Positions 63,811 to 64,000 of a DNA stretch of 64,000 nucleotides are shown here, one piece after another. The translations under genes and the position numbers were made by a program. Below the pieces are notes generated by a model, which saw nothing but the letters and a program-made list of their open reading frames with translations, was not told the DNA's origin and did not search any database. Position 1 is the stretch's first letter. The number at the start of each line of letters is the position of its first letter. Source of the DNA: Eledone cirrhosa (taxonomy: Eukaryota); NCBI GenBank assembly GCA_964016885.1, contig OZ024742.1, positions 130,820,001 to 130,884,000 on the forward strand. Direction: 5' to 3'.

Positions 63811-64000
63811 TGCAGCGAAATTCCTCCCATGTATTTACCTGTTCAAGCTTACCACTAACACATGTAGATATTGGGCTAAAACCCAAATATCAAATTTCAA
63901 TATTTGCATTTAAGACATGAATGAATTTCATCCAATAAATATATCGCCATCTTTTATTTGATTGTGTCAAAATTTTCATATTGGCATAATATCACAACAG

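Overview
Repeat-dominated eukaryotic DNA, most likely an octopus/cephalopod genome (inferred from the recurring tRNA-derived SINE and the extreme microsatellite load). No host protein-coding gene can be supported, and most short ORFs in the track are microsatellite or antisense artefacts. The window holds decayed Tx1/L1-clade LINEs (1-8.1 kb, plus a near full-length copy at 20.1-25.65 kb), R4/Dong-clade LINE fragments stacked in (TAA)n tracts, three GIY-YIG Penelope-like elements (PLEs), RTE LINEs, many SINEs, a mariner remnant and a 200-N gap. The standout is an ORF-free 8.6 kb array (32.6-41.2 kb) of near-identical 310-bp units. Each unit carries a minimal type I hammerhead ribozyme motif inside a highly base-paired unit (27 motifs in total). 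The array is arranged as two divergent blocks that form a giant palindrome embedded in (TA)n. It is a candidate non-LTR retrozyme / circular-RNA retroelement, possibly inserted by rolling-circle, twin-primed reverse transcription. Several more PLE-type hammerhead motifs, including core variants, and small fold-back insertions in (TA)n occur elsewhere in the window. All structures were read by eye; ribozyme activity and family names are untested.
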